DNA from: Yuukianura sp. NJ FZ-2021
Lineage: Eukaryota
Assembly (NCBI GenBank): GCA_046563655.1
Contig: CM102286.1
Coordinates: 11,284,001-11,348,000, forward strand
DNA: 64,000 bases
Reading direction: 5' to 3'
The position numbers were made by a program, and so were the translations under genes. The stretch's first letter is position 1. Every line of letters begins with the position of its first letter. The notes below the pieces were generated by a model. It did not search any database. It was not told the DNA's origin and saw only the letters and a program-made list of their open reading frames with translations. Shown here in pieces: positions 1 to 13,185 of this stretch.

Positions 1-3000
1 TTTTGGAAGAGGACTTTCTCCACTTTCCCTTCGAATATGTCGACTCAGGAGAAAGCCCTAGGCACAACCTCCGTTTTCCCAAAGATCTTTCATCCGACTA
101 ACTTCTTCTGCTGCAGGAAGAATCCTTTCCCAAATCAAGAAACTCCCGCTCTTTTTGGAACTTCTGTTTAAATCATCCTCGAATTCCTCGGGAGTCGAAA
201 TTGGAAAGCACGGAAATTCTTTAGCCTATTCATCTCGGAGATTCAAAGGGAAGGAGAGCAGTACTTTCTTTAAATCTTTTCATGAAACACCATGTTTTGT
301 CAAAGAAAAAACATTTCATTTTAATGATGACTTCAAAAAAGTATTTTTTGAACAAAAATCTTTTTGAAAACGCATTGCCAGAACGTATCGAAACTGTCTT
401 TAAAAATTCCTCTTTTTTTCATAAGTAAAAGAAAATGATTGTAAAAGCGTAAGTGAAAGTTTATTTAATTCCTCTCATGGCTAAACAAAAGCGGTGAAAT
501 GCCTTCGTAATTGTTCTTGCTCATATTTTCACAAATTGCCACTCCCTGTCGCATAAATTGGCAGAAATTGCAAAACTACAAAGATTGTCACTTTCACTCT
601 TTCCGTTTATAGCATGAAATGAATCGTTTTAGCGGAGTGGTCAATTATTAGGTCAACACTCAGCGCCTCCGGGAGAGGAATAATTAAATCCGATTCCCGG
701 GTGAAACAATTCACTTTTGTGGTTTCGGATCCATTTTCAGTTCCATTCTGCGAGTAGTCTACTACTCCACTGCTCTAATCGTGTGAAATGCCTAAAACTT
801 TTAATGTAGCCCATTTGGATGAGGAGATAAAGTGATGAGTGTCCATTAAAGCGGGTAGTGTGAAGATATCCTGGAACTGGACTCAATGCTCGAACATAGG
901 GAAAACAAAGGAGGAAGTGAAACAAAAGCGAAAGTGGAACTCTATTTACCCAATTCCCCTTATTCCTTCACGCCTTCTCTCTAAAGTGACGTCTCCTTTC
1001 CATCTCCATCAGCAGCAGGGAGTTTCTCCACTTTCACCACTTTCTCCTGCAGTCCACTACCAAATAGTCACGTATTGGCCATTTCAAACCTTCCTGCCAA
1101 GAAAAAAAAAAGACTTCCAATTCCATTTTCGATGCTTTAGGACTTTGGACGTAAAGAAAGAGTGAAAGTGGAGATGAGATCTGTGGCGTCCATTCACTTT
1201 TTTCCCAAAAAATATCCACTCTCCTCAAGCCATTTGGGCTTGGCTCAAGGCCGGTAACTTCGACTGCAAAATATTCAAGATTTGTAACACATCTTGGTAA
1301 AAATTTGCAACAACTTTACATTCGAAGGTAGTTATTAATTTGTCATTTGCTCATGTTTTTTTGATTTATTATGTTGAACCAACGAATTAACAACTAACGT
1401 TAGCTTTCTTTTCATTTTTTTTACTTTGTTTGAAATTTTGCGCCGTCAGCTGAGTTTTGACGTTTTCTTTGATTTTTGCCTGCTTTCTTTATCTTTTTGG
1501 CATGTTCATGAGTCGGTTGAGTCGATTGTGTTGCCCCTGGCCGTCCATTTCTGGCGTTCCTAAGTGGACTTGTTGTCAGAGTAAAAAAGAAAAAAGAGAA
1601 ATAAAAAACCCGGGTAAAAGTGGACGCCGAGAAAAGGTTAGAAATTGAATTTGAGTTAGATTTTTTTGGCAGTCGTCCCCAGAGTGCAACAGAGTAGTAA
1701 CTTTCATTTTCCCGCTTCTGCTTGGTACTGATGGAGCACCTGATAAATATTTATACTTTTCTTGGTGGCGGTGGGACTGGTGGGGCCTTTGGTGGCTCAA
1801 AAGTTGGTGGTGGCGGGTGGATCGTCGCCTACGAATCATCCTCTCGAGTCCGCCCCCATTCCCCTTCCCCCAAACTTCCACTAAAACATCTTAATCTTCA
1901 TCCTAATCCATTCCCTGTCCTGCCCAGCAATTCGCAATTCATCTCCACTTTCTCCCGCTTCACCAAAAGTGAACCGGACCCTCACTTTCATTTAAATACC
2001 AAATTTAGAGCTACTCCCCGGGAAAATACAAAATCCTAGAATAACCGAAATTTCGGAACAACGAACTTTAGGGTTATGGCCGTCTCGCCTGCTCAAACTT
2101 TCTTTTTGGCTTTCACCGGGAGAAAAGTCGAGGCATGACGACTTCACTCTTCCAATTGTTAACCGGCCAGTTCAAATTGATTCCTTACATGAGCAAGTTT
2201 CTTTTTATACTTTGTTGCGTTTTTTACTTTTCTTAAGTGGATTAGGCCCATACTCATGACTCTTACGTTTGATGGTCAGTAATGAATTAGGCTACACGGA
2301 CAATTAACCTAGAATTCTAGCCCAAAAGCACAAAACGAATTGGACGCGTTTCACTGCCTTTGGACCTGCTCCAACGTCCACTAAACACAAAAAAATGCAA
2401 AAGATTTCTTGTTTTTCTTTAAAGCAAATTTCATTTGGGTAGTCAAAGGTAACCGACGAATCTACTCCTGAAAAACTAAATCTTGGGTTTTTTTATACAA
2501 ATTTTTCAATTTTTTGTTCTTTTTGTTTTTTCCGTGCTAGTGACTTATGGAGAAAAATTGGAAATGACGTTGGACAGAGCTGGCTGGGGCATAATTCCTG
2601 AACTTTTGGTGATTTGTATTAAGAAAGGGAGGAGTAGAACTCATGGCAGCACAAAGTATTTTACATTTCACTCACTTACAAACTAAAAAAAACTCAGAAA
2701 CTTTTCTTTGGAAAAAAAGTGAAAAGTTTCAGTTTCAATTTTTCAAAAAAAAAAAACAGCCCTTTCCATTTCCTCCTGCCAAGTCTGAAAATTCTACTAA
2801 CCCAGAAACAAAATTTAGAGACACAAAAAAAATTTTCATCTTTCAGACAGTGTAGCGGTTAAGCCGTTGTATAGAAACTAAAAACTTTGAAAAAAAAAAT
2901 TCACGACCCAGGTTTACATTTGGAAACATAAAAAGTTTTTTTTTGCTCTTGTAGCACCACGGTACACAATCTAAAATGTAAACACATTAAGACACAAAAA

Positions 3001-4378
3001 TTTGACAAAATCTAACTGTTGTTCTCAAATTTTTGGAATTTCAATTTAAAATTCAATTCCTTTCACCTGTAATTATTCGCTTCGAAAAAATTCCTTCAAC
3101 GTTTGTCTCAAAACTTCTTTTGCATTTAAGTTCTACTTCTTATTTTCCCACTTTGGTTCTAACTTTTGGAAAAGGAAGTTAATCTGAAATTAAGTCCTAA
3201 AAAGTTGCAAATCCTATTTCACAGCTCTAAAAAGGTAAATAATTCATTTAAGAAGAGGAGGATGGAGAGACCTGAACTGGCGCCTCTTGTGTGTCTGGTG
3301 CTGCTGGAGTAAGAGCGTGTGTCGCTGGAAGTGAAAGTTGAGAAGAAAGTGAATAACTCATCTCTGTTCTGGATGAATTAGAGAAAGTGAAAGTGAGACT
3401 TAATTAAAATGCAATGACAGGATACCTCTCGCTTCCTTGCCCATCCCTTAAGGTTAGGTTTTGCAGAACTTAGGGACGGGTGAGTGAGCGGTGAAAGTGG
3501 AGAAAGCACCTTCTGCTCCCCCCGTCACAAACAGATGTGGGCAAAAACTTTTCGGATTTTCTTCTACTTCTCAAACTTCTAAGGCTAAGCTTAGAATTGG
3601 AAACGAGGACTTGAGAAAATCGGATTCTGGAGAAAATTCGACCTTGTGAAAACAATAGGAAACCAATTATAGGAGAGAAAAGAATTAATGGCATTCCGCA
3701 TCGCTAAGTTCACAAAATACCGCTTGTCTCTCTTTCCGCTAACTTCCGACAAAAATTCCAATTTTTGGGAACAAAAACGAATTTTCAAAACTTACGGGAA
3801 AAAAAAACTCTCTACATCACTTTGACTTTATTGGATAAAGCATTTTCTGAAAAATGACTTCAAGCCTCTGCCAATGTGTTTTGGATAATGCTTCAGCATG
3901 AAAATTCACGCGTCGAAACGATGCTGCTTGAATGAAGCATCTGTAGAGTGAGCTAGATGGCGTGAGAAGTACGCGGTCAAAGGTTAAATGTCTTAATTTT
4001 GTATAAGGCTGAGGATGGGAGAGACTGGTTAATCTGCTTACAGCTCTCTGCACTCAAGAGAAAGTGAAATCGTTTCCTTTTGAAAATGGAGCCAAATCCC
4101 CTTGAGGGGTTTTTATTTGGAAGCAAAAGAGGATTTCCGTCGTCTCGTCTTACGGTGACGCCGACTCCTTAACGCACAGAATCCAGACGATGGAAAGTCA
4201 ACTGGAATCACAATTCACAATTCAGCATTGTCAACTTGACATAAGGGAAGAAGAGCTTGACAGGCTGAAGGAGGGCTTCAACATGCGGAAAAGCCAGTAG
4301 GCAGACTTGTGCAACACTCCATGAGGAAGTCCTCAAACCATATATACAAGGTTGCTGTAGCAACCAATTGTAATGCTA

Positions 4379-4560
4379 CAAGAGGTTATTCAATACCTCC
4401 GACGTTTGTAAAAATTGAGTCAAAACAACTTTTTGAACCAATTTTGAACCAATTCCCATTAGACTACATACAAATCATTACCATAGAAAGGCATGGCGGA
4501 GCAAGTTTTGCAAATTATTTAACAAAATTAAAAAACCTCGAGTTAACGAATAACCTCTTG
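4379..4560. mobile_element. Small MITE-like element, probably Tc1/mariner type (TA flanks)
   Basis: Perfect 18-bp inverted repeat TGCTACAAGAGGTTATTC (4374-4391) / GAATAACCTCTTGTAGCA (4548-4565). This can be read as TA + CAAGAGGTTATTC...GAATAACCTCTTG + TA. Non-coding interior. Confidence 0.55.
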
Positions 4561-7500
4561 TAGCAATCAACAATCTGTTTGTTTACCCACCTTGCATATA
4601 TACCTAATACAAAGTCCTCAAACCACACATGATACTCTTTACGTAAACTTAAAGAAAGTCACTCGTCCGAAAAACTACGTCTGTGCCAAAATCAACTTAA
4701 AAGCAATTTTTTAAATGTATAAACAGAAACGTAAATTATAATTTATATATCAAGCGGCACATGTTGTTGTTTTTTTTCACAACAGCTTGTCAAATTTTGA
4801 AAATATTTGCAAACAGGAGATAAAAAAAATGCAATAATTAAAAGAAAAGTAACACACTTCGGATATGACACTTTTGATTTGAAGATGTTGAAGATTTTGA
4901 AGATGTCCTTGAAATAAGTGCTCAGCATAGAAAAGGTAGGGGAAAGGAAATCCTTTTACTTTTTGGAGCCTGGAGTTATTGTGTCACTAAACAATAAAAT
5001 CAAAATAAGAATAGGATGAGGCTCCTCTCATGCAAAAAAGAAAAAGAAAACTCGAAGAAAGTTGACACTTTCCAACCAGACAAGGATAACCAAAAAACAC
5101 GCTTTTCTCCTTCGCCCACGCATCTCACAAATCAGATCATCCAAAAGGAGAGAGTCACCAGAAGTCTTAACTTTTTCTTAAAAACAAAAACTTTCACCTG
5201 AAATAGAACTTCTTGAAAAAGAAACACATAAAAGGATGAACCCCATGCGATGACAGTTTCTTGAAATACAAACCGTCCAAGTGTCACAACTTCTTAGTTG
5301 TGCAAGGAGATCAAAAATTCATTTGAAAAAAATATTTGTTTTCATGAATTTATATATACTATCTTCCGCTTGCACAGAATCCAATTCAACATTGGTTTTT
5401 CTTTTACTTTTCCCTACATTTTTTAAAGTCTCGAAAATGTTCGAACAAAATCATTGAAATTTGTCAAGTCAGCTTCTGCCTGCCGTTCCACATGACTGAG
5501 GCGACAGACAACAAAATGGCAAGCTATCATAATTCTATAAAATTGAAATGACAAGCCGAGTGCAGACAGAGAAAGAAAAAAAAATAAAATGCTCAAGGCA
5601 TCTTTCAGTTCACTTTCTCTGGCCCAGAAACCAATTTTCCTGACTGGACAATTTTCTTTTTTCGCTCGTCAAAAATCAATCGCTGAGCCAAAAACAGTGA
5701 TTTTTTTTCAATTTTTTTTTGTGATGTCTCAAGTTCCAGTAGTATTGGAAGCCTCGAGTCAGAAGTTGATGGTGGGCATTGTTTGTTTTGGTGGAATGGA
5801 TTTAGGATGGGATTAAATAAACGGTTTTGACAGATGATAGGGGTCTGGTGGGCGAGGGGTGGGGAAGAAAGTCCTTTCTCCCGCTTCCATTTTGATGAAT
5901 CAGATTGAAGTACCCGGGAATTTCAAATCCAGGAATTGACGAACCGGAAGTGAAGGGAGAAGCAAAGCGGAAACAAATTTTAGTGCAGCTTTTTCCTACC
6001 GTTGAGGAGAAGAAAACCATGTGTACAGGGTTACACGAAGCTTTCACAAAAAAAGAGAGAATGGCATTTGAGTTTTGAATTTCGACTTCAAAATTGTGTT
6101 AAGTATGAATTCGTTGCCAGTGATATCAGTGGAAAGTTATTGTTTTTTGCCAATTCTGATCAACAGCTCATGAGACATACCTGATATCTTAATACTGCCA
6201 AAAAATTGCATAAAATTCGCGTTGCTACTTGGTTTCATATCTTGCCAATTTATCTGTTAGGTTAGGCCTACGTCAATTTTTGATAATTTGAAGTTACTTT
6301 GGCAGTGAATTTATGCATGGGTCTTGCAGTATGCTCTCTGGGCTATTTTGGAGTTGTTAATACATGTGAATTTAACTTCTCTGCAAGAACCAATATCGTC
6401 TTAACATGTTGGTTTTTAGATCAATGTCGAAATATTATGCTTTAAACAATTGATTCCGTAACTTTTTCAACAACTATGAAAATGATCGGTAATTAAGCCA
6501 CTCATCAACGTGAATTATACTACTTCTCGTTTTTTTGGTAAACAAAAGAATTTTAACTATTTCCTTCGTCTTTAATTCAATCCTGAGCGAATGATGCTTT
6601 CTTGGTAGGTTTTTTGAGATATTTTTTAAGGAAAAAGTTTTAGAGTTTTTCAGAAATTTTTTTGACAAAAATGAATCATCACATTTTTTCATTTTGTTCT
6701 TCACAAAGTTTCTTTTAGGTCTGAGGCATAGAAAAAGATTCGGTGAGGTTGGAAGGTTTAGATTACAAATTTTTTTGAGGTTAGAAAACTCAGCACATGA
6801 AAACTTTTTCTAGAGCAATTTCTTCCAATTGAGTTTTTCAAAAATCTCCTGTCATTTTCCAACTTCCTCCTCCACTTCCATGGATGTAATTTAGCCACGG
6901 AAAAGTCGCCCTCTCCTTATCCTCATAATAAGTTACTCTAATTTTTACAAACCAACGGAAACCCACGGTTCTAATTTAGTTTGACACAACTTTTATTATT
7001 AATGTGGAGCTTAGAATCTAAGGTCAGACCCTAAACCAACAGAACTCTAGTGTAACTTAACACATGATGCAGCCTAAACATTGCAAAACCTTTCAAAATT
7101 TTGATACAACCCCGTCAAAAAATATTTTCAAACTACAAAAAAACTTTTCATCTCTTTCTTTTCTTTGGATTTGTCGGGAGCGTTTCTAGTCACCTTTAAG
7201 GAGAGTGAATGATCGATATTAGATACAATTTTGAACGTTTTCAAAAACTAACTTTGGCGAGATTGTCTGTTTACTTTCCTCAGAACAAAATCCATCAGAG
7301 TCAGTTAACGTCAAAGGAAAGTGGAGCCAGCGTGCCTTAATTCGACATTAATTCCAAAATAAGCCAATTGGAATGATGGTGGATTCCCCTTTTCAGAAAA
7401 TCTGGATATTTTGAAAAGGTAGTATTTTCTAAAATTTGAATTTGAAAATAATTGGATTGACTTGGAGCTGGAGAGCGGGAAGAATGGATTAGGTATTTGC

Positions 7501-8291
7501 ATTATTGAACTGTGTGCTTTGTGTTCGGCTATTCAACTCCCACTTGGTATTCCAGGTGGGACTGGAAGTGCATTGTGAGAGAAGGGGGTGGTTTGTGACC
7601 ATTTTTCATGATACCGGTGGGTGGGGGGACCACGACCCTTAAGGGCCCCCCTCACCACTACTTTACCATCAATTGGAAATTCAGGAAGCGTTTTCCTCTC
7701 TTTCCATGAACTGACTGTGTGCAGAAAGTTACTCCCTCCGCCGAAGTGGAACTTTTGAACAGTTCCAGGGAGACCATTAGGTTTCTGATTCCAGGAACAG
7801 ATTCAACGCTTAAGTCTTTCATCATCCCATTACTTCGTCCTGTTTCTACAGATTCATAGTCCAGATCTTAAATTCAACAAAAACAAAAGAAAACTTCCAT
7901 TAGGCCACAGGTCAGCTCATAGTTAGGAACTACTGTTCTTTATTATAATTAAAATGCTATTTGGATGGTTTAATTCATGTTAAGTGGAAATTTTTCACTT
8001 AACATGATTCTTCAAATCATAATTAGCAGAGATGTCATACACATGTAGTCCCCGTGCTCGTAATGTTAATAAAAAACTATTTATGTGGTTTTCGTTTCTA
8101 CATGTTTATTTATTTGCCCATACCTTTAATGTTAAACAAGTAAATATTTCGTGGATTAAAAAAAAAATATTTTTTTGGTCAATATTTTGGGTGTTTTTAG
8201 CATATGTTTTTTTTTGACAACCATGATGCATGGTTCACATTCAAGTACAAATTGTCGAAACGACTTTTGTACCGAAACTGTCCAAATAATT

Positions 8292-9668
8292 TTAGCGCCG
8301 AAAAGTTAGTAGGAGGTCGGTGAGTCTGAGGAAAATAAAATGCAAAAGTGATGAGAAAGTTCCGTTTGAGATGTACTGCGTCACTATGGAAACTGCAAGG
8401 GGGCAGAAAGTCCTTGAGATCTTGCGGTAGTACGCAGCTTTAAATGCATGTCGGATGTTGTTCCGGTTGAATTGAACTGCATAATCTAATGACATCGTAC
8501 GAAGTTGTGCTGGGAAAGCACATATTTTTTGTAATGTGATCAAGAACATGGCGATTACTGTAATTCCACACATTGCCAACGGCAATCCGCAGATATCGAA
8601 GCAGTAGAAGAGGCAGAACGTCAGAATGGGGATGGACGTGGTCAATTCATACATCAACGCGGCCGACCAGTTCTGAAGGTCTAGCGAAATGCGATTGTGT
8701 ACAACCTGCATAGTGCGGTAGAGTAAGGCCTTCCTTCCAGGCTGATTCCAGAAGTCGTAAACTCCAGAGTATGTTCTGTAAAGTCAAAAGATATTCATAT
8801 ACGGATAACAATTGAAATTGGACCCGGCGGTTGGAAACGCCATATTTATGTCAGCAACTGGTAACCAAGTTCTTACCTCCCTCGATCCAGAATGTTGCAG
8901 CACCACTTGGGTATTGCTATGAGATAGAGGAGGTGTGCAAAGCACCATACGTCAAGAATAACTACGACACAAAACAATGGCGCGACAAGGCAAAGGGCCG
9001 TCAAAAAATGTTGCCCAAAAATGATAACAAATATTTGTTTCACCGTCATAAAAGAAGGGATTTCGCTTTCCAGCGTTGAAGCAACCAAGGCCATTGGTGA
9101 TGCTACTACTCCAAATGCCGTAAAGCAAAGCGATCGCGTCAACCACGCTTCTAGACCATCATGTCCATAAAATGTCCATCCGTACACATTTTCTAAAAAC
9201 AGATTTTTTTCATCACAATTAGAAATTAAAATTTCCGTTTTGAACTTTACCTAATGAGGACATTAATTTGGAAGTGTTTTGGAGTAAATAGTAAATGGAC
9301 TTCCGTTTTTTCAAAACAAACATTTGAATTGTAATGATGATAGTGAAGACTGATACTGCAGCAAAAGCCAATGCTCTGTTTTGTGTAGGTGAGCTAGAAG
9401 TGACCTCTCCAAAGGTCACGAAAAACGCAATAATTCCGCCGTGAACGGCAGTTAGGCCGACTATTCCTAACACCGACAGCATTTGACGGACCTCTCCTCC
9501 ACTGACAACTTGGATGGCACAAGTTGTGTTACCTTTGACATTGTTCTTGTGTTTTGTTTTTCTATCTGAGCAAGGGTAAGGTACGAGCAAAATCTTGTCA
9601 GATGAAATGCCAAGGTAGTAGCCACTATTAAGAATATGTTGGACTACGGTTAAAGTAAAAGTAGACAT
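8292..9668 (-). CDS. Gustatory/chemoreceptor-like multi-pass membrane protein, 3 exons, 405 aa
   Basis: Exons 9668-9251, 9192-8877, 8775-8292 join in frame through GT-AG introns (1218 nt). Multiple hydrophobic helices, ~400 aa, C-terminus RTFCPLAVSI...LTDLLLTFRR similar in layout to the two receptor-like genes at 52-56 kb. Family assignment is inference. Confidence 0.7.
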
Positions 9669-10218
9669 AGTAAAACGAAGATTAGTAACTTCAATTCCTT
9701 TTAAACCTTTTTTAAATTAAATTCAAATACATAACCTATCCGTTTTCGAAAGTATTCCAACGCTTCAAGTAAACTGAGAATGTGAATTACGACAACTCTT
9801 ATTGCTATATATTCTGCTATTATTAGCGGCCAGGAGAAGTCCTGTGTTGGAAAATACTTTATATTTTAAAAAATCAACGACTTAATTTTATAACATTTTG
9901 AGTGCTTTGGCAAAACTTTGAAAAATATAATGGATTCGAAATATTTATCAAACCACAGATCGCTTCTAAATGGACACCCGATGCTTTTAAAAACAATCAA
10001 TTATTCAAATTTAAAATATTTTTAGGATATTTTAAAATGCCGTCGCGGTTTAATTCACAATGCCTCAGACGGGTTCATAAACATGTTTCAATAGGTTCAT
10101 AAATATTAGATTCTTTGAGAGGTTGCTCTTAATAAGCAGTAAAAGATTCTGAGTAGATAAGATTGGTGAATCAGTACACGTCAAGTCAACCATGACAAAA
10201 CCCAATATGTAAATAGTT

Positions 10219-10565
10219 TGTAGCGGCCTTGTCCCTTTCCCCCAGTTTTCCCCCCATTTCGTCATTGGTTAGTTAGTTAGTAGGAGGAGGAGTTTAGCTT
10301 TTCGTTTTGCCTGCTACACGGACTGCGATCCGTGTGAGCAGTTCAGTTTCAGTTAGTTTAGTTAGTCTTCGTTTTGCTTTCTGCGAGTTAGCATTGTTGG
10401 CCAAGAGCCAGGTTGTTTTGTGGAGCAATAAACTCCACAACCATCACTACGTTCGTTTGTTGTTTCGTTTATTGTCTTTTCGTTTCCTGGAGCTCGGGCC
10501 TTCAGCCCCGGAGAGTTGTCTGGTTTTTGGAGCGTTCTCTGGTGTTTGGTAGCCGTAGTGCTACA
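10219..10565 (+). repeat. 5' LTR of the gag-only element (347 bp)
   Basis: Direct repeat of 13186-13531, TG...CA ends, internal AATAAA near 10427. Confidence 0.95.
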
Positions 10566-10569
10566 AAAG

Positions 10570-10580
10570 TGGCGACCGTG
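10570..10580 (+). promoter_or_regulatory. Primer-binding site, probably tRNA-Arg
   Basis: TGGCGACCGTG 4 nt after the 5' LTR, complementary to the ...CACGGTCGCCA 3' end of insect tRNA-Arg(TCG) as I recall it. Confidence 0.7.
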
Positions 10581-10721
10581 CAGTGACTCCATTCGGAAAC
10601 GGAAGGTCAAAGTTAGGTCAAAGTTATTGGCCTAACATTCCAAACTTGCGAGTTTGGGTTTTGGATTTGAACGGGAAGTCGCGGGAGTACGGCTTCCTGG
10701 CTATAGTGTATAGCCCACCGA

Positions 10722-12146
10722 ATGAACAAAAAGCAGAGACGAGAGTTGCAGAGACTTTCAATTCCAGAAAGTTCCTTTTTTCACAGTACACAGGAAAGTC
10801 GTAGTGACGGCTCTTCCTGCCACTACCTCAGAAGTCAAACGAATAGCAAAATACCCGTGTCCGGGTCATCTCCAAGATCGATTCAGTCTCCGTTGCCATT
10901 GGTGGTGATGGCAACATACACAAAAGCCGAAGTAGATGCCATGGTGGCTGCTGCGGTGGCACAGGCGATGGCTACGGTGGATCGGAGGATAGCACAGGCA
11001 GTCGCAGCGGCGGCTCCTGCCCCACCAATGCCACAGGCACAACCGAATGACCCTACTCAAGCATTGGTTGAAGCATTAAGAACAGTAAAATTGACAACGG
11101 TCACATCCACTATAAAAGTGCCGACATTTGACCCAAAAACGATGTCGGCAGTCGGCTTCTTGCGGGAAGTCGAAAGATACTTTACTATGCAAGGTCACGA
11201 GGTCAACCAATATCTTTACCTAATAAAATCTATTTTACCGTCAGAGTCACAGTCGTGGCTTGACTATGTCCTGACAACGGTCGATGACTGGGACGAGTTC
11301 AAGGACGAATTTGAAAAAAGATATGATTCATGGATAGATGCAAATGAGCGGATGCGTCTACTCCATAATCGCGAACAAAAGTTGAATGAACCCGTGGAGA
11401 GTTTCATTTATGACATGATCAGGAATTCAAGATTAGTTTTTCCTGACGAAACTCTCGCACAAGCGACGCGGAGGGCAAAGCTCGCCCTTTACCCAAGGTT
11501 ACGGACGGCCTTAGGTACATTGGAGTACGTGACTCCAGAAGCGTTGTTCGAGGCAGCAAGAGTAGCTCATGTAAATCTCACTGAAGAGAACGAGCTTAAC
11601 AAAGAAAAAATTCAATTACCTCCATTGGTAAAAACGGAGACACAAGAGACAGAGACAGACAAGAAGGAAGATAAGCCATCAGAGAAGGAGACAGAAGTTA
11701 CAGAGCAAGATAAGGAAGCAGAAGTCATTGAGAATGGCTTCAGAAAAAATGATTGGCGTGGAGAACGACAGCTTTTCATACAGACTCAAGCGGACGCAGA
11801 AACACATACGCCGTCATCAACTCAAGGTCAAGCTCAAGGTCAATCCCAAGAGCACGTTCCAGACCAAAGTCACAGTTCCACAGGAATCAACCCTAATTTG
11901 CCTATTCGCGGGACGACAGGCCAAGGTAATGGACAAGGTGGAGTTCAAGGTCGGGGTCAACCAACTACAAGACCACCAGATCTTAGCAACGTGAGTTGCT
12001 ATCGTTGTACGGGTGTTGGACACCGTCAATTTGAATGTCCATCAGCAGTGGGAGCAGCGATGGCAGCATTTGGAATTGAAGTCGAAGTTCCGGCTTCATA
12101 TTCCACTCAAGGTCAAGGATCAAGTCAACCTCAGTACGAATTCTAA
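10722..12146 (+). CDS. gag: Retrotransposon Gag (capsid plus CCHC nucleocapsid), 474 aa; the true start may be MATYTKAEV at 10908
   Basis: Ty3/Gypsy capsid-like segment KVPTFDP...FLREVERYF...WLD...WDEFKDEFEKRY...REQKLNEPVESFI and zinc knuckle CYRCTGVGHRQFEC (CX2CX4HX4C). Lies between the LTRs. Confidence 0.9.
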   Translation: MNKKQRRELQRLSIPESSFFHSTQESRSDGSSCHYLRSQTNSKIPVSGSSPRSIQSPLPLVVMATYTKAEVDAMVAAAVAQAMATVDRRIAQAVAAAAPAPPMPQAQPNDPTQALVEALRTVKLTTVTSTIKVPTFDPKTMSAVGFLREVERYFTMQGHEVNQYLYLIKSILPSESQSWLDYVLTTVDDWDEFKDEFEKRYDSWIDANERMRLLHNREQKLNEPVESFIYDMIRNSRLVFPDETLAQATRRAKLALYPRLRTALGTLEYVTPEALFEAARVAHVNLTEENELNKEKIQLPPLVKTETQETETDKKEDKPSEKETEVTEQDKEAEVIENGFRKNDWRGERQLFIQTQADAETHTPSSTQGQAQGQSQEHVPDQSHSSTGINPNLPIRGTTGQGNGQGGVQGRGQPTTRPPDLSNVSCYRCTGVGHRQFECPSAVGAAMAAFGIEVEVPASYSTQGQGSSQPQYEF

Positions 12147-12588
12147 AAAAGGAGAATGAACTTCAGTCCATCATTTCCCATTTTTCAATTGACAGTGGAC
12201 GTGTCATTTGTATATAATTTTTTTTTTTGAGTCAAAGTCATTGGCTCTAAACTGTGGAAGATCACAGTTGAAAATGTAAATTAAAAATTAACTTCTTTTG
12301 GTTAGCAGAAGAAGTCATAGTTATTAAAAAAGTGAAGTCGATGTTGTTCGGCTTCACCTCAAGGTCAGTGTCGGTGACCTAAGGAAGGAAGGAAGCTTCA
12401 TTACGGAAGGGGATTTCAAGGATTTTTGTTTTCATCAATGGCCATGGTGCTACAATTATCAGATGTCCATAGTTCCGGTAGTGAAGAACGAAGCAGCAGA
12501 AAGGTACACTGCGGTGACCTAGTAGTCGAGGGCGTGGCCTTGATACGTCACTGAGTCACGTCTCTCAGGCTCCCGTGCGCGAGCTTTC

Positions 12589-12905
12589 ATGTTACCAGTT
12601 CTGAGGAATTCGGCTCAACATAATCTACAGCTGCATCGTCGGAGGAACATGTTACCAGTTTTCACGAACGCGGTTCAACAGTTACTCAATTTCATCAAAA
12701 GTCGCAGTGGCGGCTTCCTTCAAAAATTCTACGTACAACGGAGGAAATGTTACCAGTTTTCACGAACGCGGTTCAACACTACTCAAGAAATTCATAAAAA
12801 GTCGCAGTGGCGGCTTCCTTCAAGATTTCAGTCATTTTGGGAATGAGAGGTCATATGAGAACATGTTACCAGTTTGCCAGAACGCGGTTCAACAGTTACT
12901 CACAA
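12589..12905 (+). repeat. Four-copy repeat array inside the gag-only element
   Basis: ATGTTACCAGTT..(N)..CGG(T/C)TCAACA units start at 12589, 12649, 12747 and 12863. Copies 2 and 3 also share AAAAGTCGCAGTGGCGGCTTCCTTCAA. Confidence 0.85.
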
Positions 12906-13185
12906 ATTCAAGCATTATCAAAAAAGCCAAAGTTTTGGCTAAAATTCAAAATTAATAAGTTCAAGTCAGAACTTATCATCAAAAACCACTTTCGGATCGA
13001 GAGGACATTCCGATGAAGATTGGACTTTGCTGTGGTGACATTGGGATTCGGATGGAGCAATTCAGAGGACATCTACTGGTGGGAGAAGAAGAGGACCGCC
13101 AATTCCAAGTCCGCTTTCCAGAGGTCAAGGTCATGGAGAAGTTCGCCGAGGATAGCCCCGCCAAACTTCTCTTCAGGCAGGAAGA

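Noticed and set aside
1..8200. Many 60-110 aa ORFs in AT-rich DNA
   Set aside because: Low-complexity F/K/S-rich translations, no domain motifs, and no phase-consistent exon chain that I could build. Probably intronic or intergenic.
12589..12905. CRISPR-like repeat-spacer appearance
   Set aside because: Eukaryotic retroelement context, degenerate repeats, spacers of unequal length that are partly homologous to each other, and no cas genes.
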